64,000 nucleotides of DNA from a virus (Duplodnaviria; Caudoviricetes), in the IMG/VR virus record IMGVR_UViG_3300025875_000012, positions 4,647 to 68,646 of that record, one strand, 5' to 3'. The position numbers and the translations under genes were made by a program. The notes under the pieces were generated by a model. That model did no database searches, was not told the origin of the DNA, and saw only the letters and a program-made list of their open reading frames with translations. Position 1 is the stretch's first letter, and every line of letters starts with the position of its first letter. Below, piece by piece: positions 8,401 to 16,673 of this stretch.

Positions 8401-10076
8401 GCACCGCGGTGACCACGGCCTGGGCGGCCGTGCGGGCGGCGACGGCGGCCGCGGTGGCTGCCGTGGTCGGCGTGGTGGCTGCGGCCTGGGGCGGGGTCCG
8501 CTCGGCGACGGCCGCGGCGTGGTCGGCCATCTCCTCGGTGGTCTCGGCGGCCTGGTCCCGGATCCGGTCCATCGCCAGCTCGGCCGGCGCCGCGGTGCGC
8601 TCGGTGGTGGTCGCGGCCTGGAACGCCGTGCGGTCCGCCACCGCCCCGGTCTGGAACGCGGTCGCCTCCGCCGTGTCCTCGGCCATGAACCGGGTCCGCG
8701 CCGTGGTCTCCTCGGTCTCCGGCGCGGTGCGCTCGGCCATCACCTCCGCCTGGAACGCCGCCCGCTCGGCCACGATCTCGGCCTGGAACGGCATCGCGTC
8801 TGCGGTGAGCGGCGCGGTGTCGCGCTTCATGGGCATCGTGCGCAGCATCCACAGCCAGGTGGTGGGCGCCTTCGCCGGCGCCGCCAGCTGGCTGATCTCG
8901 GCCGGGCGCAACGTGGTCCAGGGCCTGATCAACGGCATCTCGGGCATGATCGGGGCGGCCCGGGCCAAGGTGCAGGAGCTGGCCAGCGTGGCCCGGAGCG
9001 CGGCGACCGCGGCCCTGGGTATCCACTCCCCCTCGACCGTCTTCCGCGACATCGGCCGCTACGTCGGCGACGGCTTCGTGCAGGGGCTGAACGGCTCGGC
9101 GTCCAAGGTCAAGGCCGCCAGCCAGAAGATGTCGAACCTGGTCCAGCGCTACTTCGACCAGAAGGGGGTCAAGGGCAACGGCAAGGGGCTGATCGACCGG
9201 ATCGGCAAGACCGAGAAGAAGCTGCTGGCCCTGGCCAAGTCGCGGGAGAAGACGGCGGAGAAACTCAAGGCCGCCAAGTCGAAGCTCGAGGACGCGATCA
9301 AGCTCCGCGACGACTACGCCAAGCAGGTCCAGGACTCCTTCACCGCCATCGGCAACGTGACCAAGTTCGAGACCAACGGGAAGACCTCGGCCGGCGCGAT
9401 CATCGCCGGGATGCGGGACGCCCTGGTCAAGGCCCAGCGCTTCGCCTCCTACGTGGCCAAGCTGCGCAAGCTCGGGCTGAACAAGCAGAGCCTGTCCGAC
9501 ATCCTGGCGGCCGGCCCGGACGCCGGGTACGAGACGGCACGGGCGCTGGCCGACGGCGGGAAGGCGGCCATCAAGGAGGTCAACGGGCTGCAGGCCAACC
9601 TGACCCAGCAGGGGAAGAACGTCGGCACCACCGTGGCCAAGCAGTTCTACGGCGCCGGCGTCCAGGCGGCCCAGGGGCTGGTCAACGGGCTCAAGTCCCG
9701 GGAGAAGCAGCTGATCGCCCAGGCCGAGCACATCGCCAACGTGCTGTCCCGGGCGATCAAGCGGGCCCTCAAGATCCACTCCCCGAGCCGGGTCATGGCC
9801 GGGCTGGGGTCGTTCAGCATCGAGGGCTTCGTCGAGGGGATCGAGAGCCAGTACAAGGCGCTGGAGCAGGCCATGGCCGGGGTGGCCGGCCGCACCGCGG
9901 TGACGCCCCACGTCGCCGGCCTCCGGGCGCGCCCGCTGACCCCGGTGCCGGTCACGAGCTTCGAGCGCAACGGCCCGACGGTGCATCAGGACATCAAGAT
10001 CATCAACCCCGAGCGCGTGCGGGACTCCAAGGACACCGACCGGTCGCTGCAGCTGGCCGGGGCGTTCTTCGAGTAG
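5457..10076 (+). CDS. Tape measure protein
   Basis: 1539 aa; N-terminal TP901-type tape measure domain (FEQKLSGIEAVSGAT...GIKGSDAGT), hydrophobic region, Trp-periodic repeats, two IHSPS motifs. Confidence 0.95.
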   Translation: MAGANLGTASGRIEIDGSGAAKGFQMAEAAADAFFGAIQDKVSRVEELGTKLQAVGAASAGGFALAINSAASFEQKLSGIEAVSGATEAQMGKISKAALRIGADTTYSASEAASAIEEIIKAGVSVEDTLNGAADATVALAAAGGVSLPEAATIASNALNAFNLTGQDMASVADTIAGAANASAIDVGQFGQSLSQSGAVAHLAGIDFDDLAVAIAEMGQAGIKGSDAGTSIKTFLQNLIPTTNDQISAFKRLGLVSVGSQKALDGLAAKGIKPVSKSYDDVRAAISKYVEESGGAEVGTAKNNKETQRLGSELGVLKNQFFDAQGNAKDFASIQGELAKATAGMTKEQKLQTLELLFGSDAIRAAAVFADQGASGFDKMAASMSKVTAAQVASTRLDNFRGSVEQLRGALETAAITIGSVFLPIARKIVDVITSVVNSFNNAPAGVQRFLAIMASVGAVLAALVGTLLTLIGPIALLLTKFLGFAALKSIFSIFTSGFAVFRSGAGVVAALGATLARAGAVFGRFGAIALRIIGILARIPGVFLALRAVAGVVFGPIGLAISLVVTALVLLYKHSERFRGLVDGIARAVQGGFLKALNYAQMALYAFMHAFREGDVTSDGFIGFVERLGVAVRPVGAALAQLAQAFTGRLLPALRAAGKALGGQLLSAWSKISAAAQGQLLPAFRQLGTALAPLVPYLRQFGVFLLKAAGAAVIAGVSLAAGMLVSLIRIATVIVGTVLPAVVKFIAILLGGLLGALTAVVSGVTTVVTAIASFVAGVVNGMTGAADATSSGAARIGSVLASIGGFFVAAFGAVRSVVVGVFTAVWSFITTAVAGISNGIQVGLAGIAGFFTTAFSAVRNVVVTVFTAVRTAITTALTAISTAITTGLAVVGALWSSFWSSSFGQLVSNAIGLVVDVVKLGLALLYLAFAVTVATVRVLWSNLWNGLTAAASAVWGAISSAVTTGLAAVAGVVTAGMTLVRTAVTTAWAAVRAATAAAVAAVVGVVAAAWGGVRSATAAAWSAISSVVSAAWSRIRSIASSAGAAVRSVVVAAWNAVRSATAPVWNAVASAVSSAMNRVRAVVSSVSGAVRSAITSAWNAARSATISAWNGIASAVSGAVSRFMGIVRSIHSQVVGAFAGAASWLISAGRNVVQGLINGISGMIGAARAKVQELASVARSAATAALGIHSPSTVFRDIGRYVGDGFVQGLNGSASKVKAASQKMSNLVQRYFDQKGVKGNGKGLIDRIGKTEKKLLALAKSREKTAEKLKAAKSKLEDAIKLRDDYAKQVQDSFTAIGNVTKFETNGKTSAGAIIAGMRDALVKAQRFASYVAKLRKLGLNKQSLSDILAAGPDAGYETARALADGGKAAIKEVNGLQANLTQQGKNVGTTVAKQFYGAGVQAAQGLVNGLKSREKQLIAQAEHIANVLSRAIKRALKIHSPSRVMAGLGSFSIEGFVEGIESQYKALEQAMAGVAGRTAVTPHVAGLRARPLTPVPVTSFERNGPTVHQDIKIINPERVRDSKDTDRSLQLAGAFFE

Positions 10077-10082
10077 ATAACG

Positions 10083-10212
10083 GGATGTTCGGGATGTTCG
10101 GGATGATAGGGAGTAGTGGCTTGCGCGTGAAACGCACTTCTGCCCTGAGATACCTGTATGCGTATCTGGGCGACGGGCGAGTCCTGGATGATCCCGGACC
10201 TCCCGAACATCC
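10083..10212. repeat. Intergenic GGA(T/G)GTT heptamer array plus a TGCCCTGAGAT box
   Basis: GGATGTT at 10083 and 10092, GGATGAT at 10101 (9-bp period); inverted AACATCC at 10206; TGCCCTGAGAT at 10141-10151. Confidence 0.7.
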
Positions 10213-10228
10213 GAGAGAGGATCGGTAG

Positions 10229-11158
10229 ATGCGAGACCTGATCGTCGACGGCGTCCCCCTGCGCGACCCCCAGGGGGAGTGGTCCATCGACTACACCCGC
10301 TCGAAGATGCTCCCCGAGGTGTCCCGGGCCTACATCTCCGACCCCGAGTACGGCTTCCACGGCAACACCTCGGGCAACGGCGAGCTGTCCTACTTCGGCA
10401 CGGCCACCGAGAGCTGGGTGATCAACGTCGCCTCCACCGACAAGGACGATCACCGGGTCAACATGCGGGGGCTCTCCGGGTTGTTCCAGCGTCCCGAGCT
10501 CCTGGTCGTGGCCGCACCCCAGCGCACCCCGCTGGCCGCGGCCGTCCGGTCGGGCGCGACCTTCGACATCAGCGCCGACGCCCAGCTGCAGGGCCGCTTC
10601 CAGATGAATGGCTCGGTGGCCGAGGAGCGCATCAACGAGGCGACCTCCCGGATCACCGTGATCATGGAGAACCTCAACGCCTTCTGGATGAGCGCGAACT
10701 ACTACACCTCAGCCCCTGCCGTGCTCGCCGGCAGCCCCCAGACCGTGGTGCTGGACACCGTGCTGGCCGACTCCGACGCCCCGGTCACGGACGGGATGAT
10801 CCGGATCAAGGGCCCGGTGGCCGCCGGCGGCACGGTGACCGTCCAGGACCGCAGCAACGCCTTCCGCTCGGTGCGCTACACCGCGGTGAGCGAGATCCCG
10901 GCCGGGCAGTGGGTCCTGATCGAGATGGCCACCCTGCGCGCCGTGGCCCGCAGCATCGACACCTGGTCCATGGCCGGCGGCGTCGACGTCTCGTCCCGGC
11001 TGACCACGTCCGGCGACGGCGCCTTCTTCCTGTCCCCCGGCATCGGCGCGGGCTTCCCCGCGGCCAGCTGGTCCTACATCGCCGCTGTGGCGGCGACCGG
11101 CTTCACCGCCGGCACCACCGCGGTCGAGTTCCGAGTCCGGAGGTCCTACTTCGCATGA
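10229..11158 (+). CDS. Distal tail (Dit-like) minor tail protein
   Basis: 309 aa directly after the tape measure gene. Confidence 0.7.
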   Translation: MRDLIVDGVPLRDPQGEWSIDYTRSKMLPEVSRAYISDPEYGFHGNTSGNGELSYFGTATESWVINVASTDKDDHRVNMRGLSGLFQRPELLVVAAPQRTPLAAAVRSGATFDISADAQLQGRFQMNGSVAEERINEATSRITVIMENLNAFWMSANYYTSAPAVLAGSPQTVVLDTVLADSDAPVTDGMIRIKGPVAAGGTVTVQDRSNAFRSVRYTAVSEIPAGQWVLIEMATLRAVARSIDTWSMAGGVDVSSRLTTSGDGAFFLSPGIGAGFPAASWSYIAAVAATGFTAGTTAVEFRVRRSYFA

Positions 11159-14100
11159 AGCAGCGCTACCGCCTGGTCGCCTACGCCAGCAACGGAGCCC
11201 CGCTGGGCTCGCTCTCCCACCCCTCGGAGTACAAGCTCGGGCCGGGCTACAACGACCTGCCGAACATGTCGCTGTCCTACAGCGACAAGATGCCGAACGC
11301 CGACCGGCTCTACTCCCCGTGCGAGGTCGGGGTCGAGTACTCCCTGGACGGGGAGACCTGGACCGAGATGCCCAACGGCCGCTACCTGCGCATCAAGCGC
11401 GGCCGCGAGCTCGTCGGGGACTCCAAGATCCGCAGCTACACCATGCCGGGCTACGGCCACCTCCTGCGCAAGGCCAAGCAGCTGCAGATCACCGGGCTCA
11501 ACGCTGACGGGAAGCGGGTGCTCGACGGCACCCTGGGCAAGATCATCAAGACCCTCGTCGACGAGAACAAGGCCGCCGGCGGCAGCCTGGTCGGGATGTC
11601 CTACGACTTCACCGCCACGACCGACAGCAACGGCGACCCCTGGGCGAAGAGCATCACCGACCTGGGCTTCGAGCCCGGGCTGGACTACTTCACGATCCTG
11701 TTCAACCTCGCCGACATGGGGCTGGGTGACTGGCACTTCCAGGGCCGCACGCTCCGAATGTTCAACCCCTCCTACCTCGAGGTGACCAAGCCCGTCACCC
11801 TGCGGCCCGGGGTCGACCTCAAGGCTCTGCCGGTCGAGGGCGACCTCGACGAGATGATCCACACCGCGCTGGTGGTGGGCGACGGCGGCGTGAAGCTCAA
11901 CGCCACCAGCGGCTACGCCCCGCCGGTCTACTGGGGGAAGTGGCAGGACTACATCACCGCCTCGGGGGTGACCGACCCCACCACCCTGTCCGCGCTGGCC
12001 GTCCAGCGCTTCGCCCGCGGTGCCGGCGAGCAGTCCCAGCTCACCGCGGAGCTGCAGGTCGGCAAGACCCAGTGGGAGCCGTTCGCCCACTTCATCCCGG
12101 GCAACTACATCGTCGGCCCCAAGGAGGTCGCCGCGGGCGCCGACCCGGCGACCGACCGCTACCGGGTCCGCCAGATCAACATCGACCGGGGGACCGACGG
12201 CAAGGTCAAGGTCGACCTGGTCGTCAACGACCGGTTCGCCGAGGCCGAGATCAAGCGGGCCCGCAAGCTGAGCAGCCTGACCGGCGGGGCGACCATCGGC
12301 GGCACCGGCACCAGCCCCACCCTGCCGCCCTCGGCCGGCCGGGTGCCGGCGACGCCCGCCGGCCTGGTGGCCAGCAGCATCGGGGCCCCCAACGAGGCCG
12401 GCTTCTACCGGAACACGATCACGGTCAACTGGGCCGACGTCGGGGTCGACGTCCAGGGCAACGGGCTGATCGTCGACGGCTACGACCTGCAGGCCTACCT
12501 CGGCACCGAGGCCGAGCCAACCTACTCGGCCCGGCTGGCCCAGTCCTACTACCAGATCCTCAGCCGGGCGCCCCTGGAGACCTGGAACATCCGAGTCCGC
12601 GCGGTCTCCTCCACCGGCACGGTGAGCGCCTGGACCAACCCCATGGTCGTGGTCGTCACCGAGTCCGACACCACGCCGCCCCCGATCCCCACGCTGCCCA
12701 CTACGAGCTCGGCGCTGGGCACGGCCACGGTGCGCTGGGACGGGCGCGCGGCCGGCGGCGGGACCATGCCGCCGGACTTCGACCACGTCCGGGTCTGGCA
12801 GCAGGGGGCGACGGCCTTCATCGGCCGGGTCGAGAAGGGCGGGGGCTACGTCGGGGTCGGCGGGCTCACCCCGGGCCAGCAGTACCTCTTCCAGCTCTCC
12901 GCGGTCGACAAGAGCGGGAACGAGTCAGCCCGCACCGACCTGGTGCCCATCACCGTGGTCTCGGCGGCCACCGACGCCGGCATCCAGGCCGAGCTGGAGG
13001 CCATCCAGGCCGACCTCGAGGCCGGAGTCGAGACCAGCGTGCAGGTCGCGGCCGACGGCATCAGCCGGGTGATCTACTCCAACGGCCCGCCGGTCGGCCA
13101 GTACCCCAGCGGGTCGACCTGGTACCAGCGCAACTCCGCTCAGGAGATCATCGGGCAGTGGGAGTTCGTCGGCGGCGCCGTGCACCCCGACTGGTACCTG
13201 GACAGCTACAACTACGACGAGGCCGCCTCCTCCGAGAAGTACCTGGACGGCTACGAGTACGTCGGGATCACCGGCAGCTGGGTGTCCAAGATCCTGGCCA
13301 ACGCCGTGCTGGCCAACCTGGACGCGGGCAAGATCACCTTCGGCGAGCTCGACGGGCTCCGGATCAAGGCCGGCACCATCCGGACCGACCGGCTCACCGT
13401 CGGCCTGGCCCAGAACAGCCTGCCCGACCCGCTCTTCCTCAACAGCACGGTGATCGCCGGCCGGACCGGGTCCGGCTGGGCCTACGACGGGACCGCCCGG
13501 GCCTTCGTCAACACCACCACGCCGACCCAGCGCCTCTCCCTGGCCTCCGCCGGCGCGCTGACGCCCTACTTCAACCTGATCCAGGTCTCCCCCGGGGAGC
13601 GGTACTACGTGGTCGCCACGGTGACCTCCAGCATCGCCAACCAGGTCGCCTTCACCATGGAGGGTTTCGACCTGGCCGGGGTCTCCCAGGGCATCACCAG
13701 CACGGCCGACATCACCGTGCTGGCCACCGCGACCACGACCGCGTCGGCGGTCTGGACGGTGCCGGCCGGGGTCTACCTGGTCAACCCCGGCATCGTGTTC
13801 CGCTCGGCCAGCGCCGCGACCAACACCATCCGGCTCCCGGCCATGACCCGGCAGGCCTCGGCCGTCACCATCGCCGACGGCGCGGTCACCGCGGCCAAGG
13901 TCGCCGCCGGCGCGATCACGGCCAACTCCATCGCCGTCGGCAGCCTCGACGGCTTCGTGATCACGGCCCCGACCATCCGCACCGCCATCGTCGGCAACCG
14001 GACCGAGTTCACCAACCAGGGCATCCGGCTCTTCAAGGGGACGACCCTCAAGGCCTGGTGGTCCAGCGCCTTCGGCCAGCTGCGGATCTACTCCACCGGC

Positions 14101-15009
14101 GACCTGACCCACACCTCCACCGGCCACGGCTTCCAGATCGGCGACGACGACCAGCAGAACCTGGCCATCGACGACAACGAGGTCATGTCGCGCAACGCCG
14201 GCGACTTCGGCCAGCTGCTGCTCAACCGTGAGGGCGGCCAAGTGCTGATCGGCGGCATCAAGGGCGGGATGAACCCCGACCCGCTCAACCGGTCCTACCC
14301 CGAGGACGGCAACCACAGCGTCAACCTGCGCGGGTACGTCACCATCTCCAACACCACCGACGGCGGGTACGCCGACGAGTTCCCGCCCCTGCTGATCGGC
14401 GCCGCCGGCGGCCAGCACCTCTGGTTCGACAACAACGAGTTCGGCTCCTCCAGCGGCGACGGCCCCAACGGGCTGGTGATCAACCCACCCCGCGAGGCCC
14501 CGAACAGCGCCGGCGACATCCACCACCTGTCCCCCATCGCCCTGTCGTCCAACTCCCTGGGCATCAAGCGCTTCGGCATCTACTCCAGCGGGACCCGGTC
14601 GGCGCTGATCTACGGCTACGACTCGGGCAACGACACCGCCATCCGGTTCTCGGGCGCCCTGGACGCCGTGCTGGTGGTGGACTCGGCCGGCGACAACTAC
14701 AAGGCGATCCGGGCCTCGGCCTTCACCGTGGTCTCCGAGCAGGCGGCCAAGCACAGCATCGGCCCCATCGACGACGTGCTCGAGCTGGTCCGGCGCGCGC
14801 CGGCGAAGCGCTGGCAGTACAACGCCGACGTCGAGGCCGCCGACCAGTGGCACTTCGGCCCGATGTACGAGGACCTGCCGCCCGAGATTCTCCGGCCGGC
14901 GGTCATGGAAGGCGGCGTCCGCCAGCCCGGCGCGGTCGACCAGGGCTCGATGCTGGGCATCATGTGGGAGGCTCTCCGGGTGCTGATCGAGGAGCGAGCC
15001 CGTGGGTGA
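11155..15009 (+). CDS. Tail tip / central fibre protein with two FN3 domains and a C-terminal S74-type intramolecular chaperone
   Basis: True start ATG 11155 (ATGA overlap); FN3-like RVRAVSSTGTVSAW and FQLSAVDKSGNES; C-terminal RASAFTVVSEQAAKHSI...HFGPMYEDLP. Confidence 0.85.
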   Translation: MKQRYRLVAYASNGAPLGSLSHPSEYKLGPGYNDLPNMSLSYSDKMPNADRLYSPCEVGVEYSLDGETWTEMPNGRYLRIKRGRELVGDSKIRSYTMPGYGHLLRKAKQLQITGLNADGKRVLDGTLGKIIKTLVDENKAAGGSLVGMSYDFTATTDSNGDPWAKSITDLGFEPGLDYFTILFNLADMGLGDWHFQGRTLRMFNPSYLEVTKPVTLRPGVDLKALPVEGDLDEMIHTALVVGDGGVKLNATSGYAPPVYWGKWQDYITASGVTDPTTLSALAVQRFARGAGEQSQLTAELQVGKTQWEPFAHFIPGNYIVGPKEVAAGADPATDRYRVRQINIDRGTDGKVKVDLVVNDRFAEAEIKRARKLSSLTGGATIGGTGTSPTLPPSAGRVPATPAGLVASSIGAPNEAGFYRNTITVNWADVGVDVQGNGLIVDGYDLQAYLGTEAEPTYSARLAQSYYQILSRAPLETWNIRVRAVSSTGTVSAWTNPMVVVVTESDTTPPPIPTLPTTSSALGTATVRWDGRAAGGGTMPPDFDHVRVWQQGATAFIGRVEKGGGYVGVGGLTPGQQYLFQLSAVDKSGNESARTDLVPITVVSAATDAGIQAELEAIQADLEAGVETSVQVAADGISRVIYSNGPPVGQYPSGSTWYQRNSAQEIIGQWEFVGGAVHPDWYLDSYNYDEAASSEKYLDGYEYVGITGSWVSKILANAVLANLDAGKITFGELDGLRIKAGTIRTDRLTVGLAQNSLPDPLFLNSTVIAGRTGSGWAYDGTARAFVNTTTPTQRLSLASAGALTPYFNLIQVSPGERYYVVATVTSSIANQVAFTMEGFDLAGVSQGITSTADITVLATATTTASAVWTVPAGVYLVNPGIVFRSASAATNTIRLPAMTRQASAVTIADGAVTAAKVAAGAITANSIAVGSLDGFVITAPTIRTAIVGNRTEFTNQGIRLFKGTTLKAWWSSAFGQLRIYSTGDLTHTSTGHGFQIGDDDQQNLAIDDNEVMSRNAGDFGQLLLNREGGQVLIGGIKGGMNPDPLNRSYPEDGNHSVNLRGYVTISNTTDGGYADEFPPLLIGAAGGQHLWFDNNEFGSSSGDGPNGLVINPPREAPNSAGDIHHLSPIALSSNSLGIKRFGIYSSGTRSALIYGYDSGNDTAIRFSGALDAVLVVDSAGDNYKAIRASAFTVVSEQAAKHSIGPIDDVLELVRRAPAKRWQYNADVEAADQWHFGPMYEDLPPEILRPAVMEGGVRQPGAVDQGSMLGIMWEALRVLIEERARG

Positions 15010-15166
15010 GGACCTGGACGCTGCGGACGTGGTGGAGATCCTCCGCGGCGACCTAGAGCGCGAGCGGTGGCAGAACGTGCTGCTGCGGGCCAAGATCAAG
15101 CAGCTGCAGGACGCCCTCACCCAGCCGGCTCCCGAGCCGGGCCCGGGGGCTCCGCCGGCCCCGTAG
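15002..15166 (+). CDS. Small coiled-coil hypothetical protein
   Basis: 54 aa GTG-start ORF (not in the ORF track) overlapping the tail-tip stop; GC3-rich codons. Confidence 0.55.
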   Translation: MGEDLDAADVVEILRGDLERERWQNVLLRAKIKQLQDALTQPAPEPGPGAPPAP

Positions 15167-15167
15167 G

Positions 15168-15794
15168 ATGGCCGTGGCCAGTCGATTTTCGGGAGACCCA
15201 TCGACCGGCAAGGACACCATGATCGAGAAGCGGCCACGCCCCGCCCTCAACGGCGACCTGCACCAGACCTGGCCCGGCAAGCGCTGGTACCACAAGCCCG
15301 GCCCGTGGTGCCGTACCAAGGCCCGCATGGGCCGCCGGGGAGCGATGATGATGCTCCTCGGCATCACCTACATCCTGATCGGCTACGGCGACGCCAGCCG
15401 GCCCGTCCCCGACATCGCCGGCGCCTGGCACCTCAGCGTCGACCCGCTGGTCCGCGGCCTGTTCTGGGCCGCGACCGGCTTCGTGGCCGTGGCCTTCGCC
15501 ATCGTCCGCCCGCACGAGACCCGGCCCTACCCCTGGCCGGTCGCCGGCCGCCGGCCACCGGTCTGGTGGAACACCGACACCCCCGGCTGGATCTCGCTCT
15601 ACCTCGCGCCGACGCTGGTGATCAGCAGCTTCGCCCGGTCCTGGTTCCTCGCGCTCGTGGCCGACAGCACGCAGATCCCGCTGCCCGGCGACATCCACTC
15701 CTGGTACAACGCCGTGCTGCGCATCCCGTTCGTCCTGATCGTGCTCATCTGCTCGGGGTGGCTGGAGAACCCGCGACAGGGGTGCCGCCCGTGA
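15168..15794 (+). CDS. Multi-pass membrane protein
   Basis: About four hydrophobic segments; start could be ATG 15219 (AAGGA RBS). Confidence 0.6.
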   Translation: MAVASRFSGDPSTGKDTMIEKRPRPALNGDLHQTWPGKRWYHKPGPWCRTKARMGRRGAMMMLLGITYILIGYGDASRPVPDIAGAWHLSVDPLVRGLFWAATGFVAVAFAIVRPHETRPYPWPVAGRRPPVWWNTDTPGWISLYLAPTLVISSFARSWFLALVADSTQIPLPGDIHSWYNAVLRIPFVLIVLICSGWLENPRQGCRP

Positions 15795-16090
15795 ACGCCG
15801 GCCTGCAGCTCATCATCACGCTGGGCGCCATCGTCATCGCCCTGGTCTCCCTCGCCGGCGTGGTCTACACCGCCAAGTCCGGCCGGCGCGCGAACACCGA
15901 GGACCGCGACGCCGTCTGGAACGCCGGCTACCGGGCCGGCGCCGAGCCCCACCTCTACTGGGACCTGGACCGGGCGGCCGACATCCGGCAGCTGCGCGAC
16001 GTGGTCAACCACCTCGAGGAGAAGCTGGGGGAACCACTGACCCAGTTCCAGCCGATCCCTGACGCCCCGCCGCTGTTCCCCAAGCTCTGA
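15791..16090 (+). CDS. Single-pass membrane protein with coiled coil
   Basis: GTG start overlapping the previous stop; N-terminal TM LIITLGAIVIALVSLAGVVY. Confidence 0.6.
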   Translation: MNAGLQLIITLGAIVIALVSLAGVVYTAKSGRRANTEDRDAVWNAGYRAGAEPHLYWDLDRAADIRQLRDVVNHLEEKLGEPLTQFQPIPDAPPLFPKL

Positions 16091-16410
16091 CCACCGCGCC
16101 CGCGTGACGTGCGCCCCGGCGGCCAGCTCTGCTGGCTAGGCCCGCCCGCCGCCACATCGCGGTATGACCGCGCGCGTTCCCTGTGCACCGCCCGGGCGCG
16201 CGCATCTCTGCGCGTCTCGTGTGCGGGTGCGCGACGTGCGCGACGTGCGCGCGGGCGTCGCGTGCCCACCGGGCTCCGCTTGAACCGCGCGTCACGGGTG
16301 CGCGCGCGGCTCATCACCGCGCGGGCGCGTCGTGTCCTGCGCGGGCGCGTCGCGGAAATGCTCCCGCGCGCGAGCTCCGACTTCGACACGCCGAGTGCAT
16401 TACACGTCTG
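16091..16410. repeat. Non-coding alternating purine-pyrimidine (CG/TG) tract
   Basis: Dense CGCGCG/GTGCGC runs; tandem gtgcgcgac x2-3 (16227-16253); 14-bp direct repeat gcgcgggcgcgtcg (16319, 16339). Confidence 0.7.
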
Positions 16411-16433
16411 ACTAGGGATTTTGGTGATTCGGT

Positions 16434-16462
16434 TTGACCGGTGCCCTGAGATCCCGTAGTGT
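16434..16462 (+). promoter_or_regulatory. Sigma70/SigA-type promoter with TGCCCTGAGAT box in the spacer
   Basis: TTGACC-N17-TAGTGT; box at 16442-16452. Confidence 0.7.
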
Positions 16463-16513
16463 TCTACCCATCACCCCAGCAGCACCGGGGCGAGCCGGAC
16501 CGGGGAGCGCGAG

Positions 16514-16542
16514 TTGACTCTCCGGGCCGGGTGCCCTAAGAT
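16514..16542 (+). promoter_or_regulatory. SigA-type promoter with TGCCCTAAGAT box
   Basis: TTGACT-N17-TAAGAT. Confidence 0.8.
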
Positions 16543-16638
16543 GGGGACCAGAGCACGACGACGACGGTGGCCTAGCCGCTGGTAAGACGGGGTCGCCCCG
16601 CAACATCTGAGTCACCGCTCTGCCCCTACGGGGCCCGA

Positions 16639-16667
16639 TTGACAGCAAGCAGCAGGTGCCCTAAGAT
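16639..16667 (+). promoter_or_regulatory. SigA-type promoter with TGCCCTAAGAT box
   Basis: TTGACA-N17-TAAGAT. Confidence 0.85.
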
Positions 16668-16673
16668 AAGGCG

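Noticed and set aside
8200-8900. Trp-periodic Ala/Val/Ser repeats in the tape measure gene
   Set aside because: Ordinary 11-residue-based tape measure repeats
5784-9986. 1400-aa minus-strand ORF and many other long overlapping ORFs (e.g. 12925-15237, 37500-40085, 54802-57510)
   Set aside because: Antisense or alternate-frame shadows of GC3-rich real genes; Arg/Gly/Pro-rich, with no RBS or domain motifs
10279-11154. Apparent N-terminal extension making the tail-tip protein 1576 aa
   Set aside because: It overlaps the Dit gene out of frame; the real start is ATG 11155 at the ATGA junction
16541-16585. 14-codon Arg-rich ORF (MGTRARRRRWPSRW) as a leader peptide
   Set aside because: Its ATG overlaps the -10 box, so it lies upstream of the predicted transcription start
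16560-16620. Cobalamin-riboswitch-like gccccgcaac
   Set aside because: Other conserved elements (GGGAA, B12 box) are missing and there is no related downstream gene
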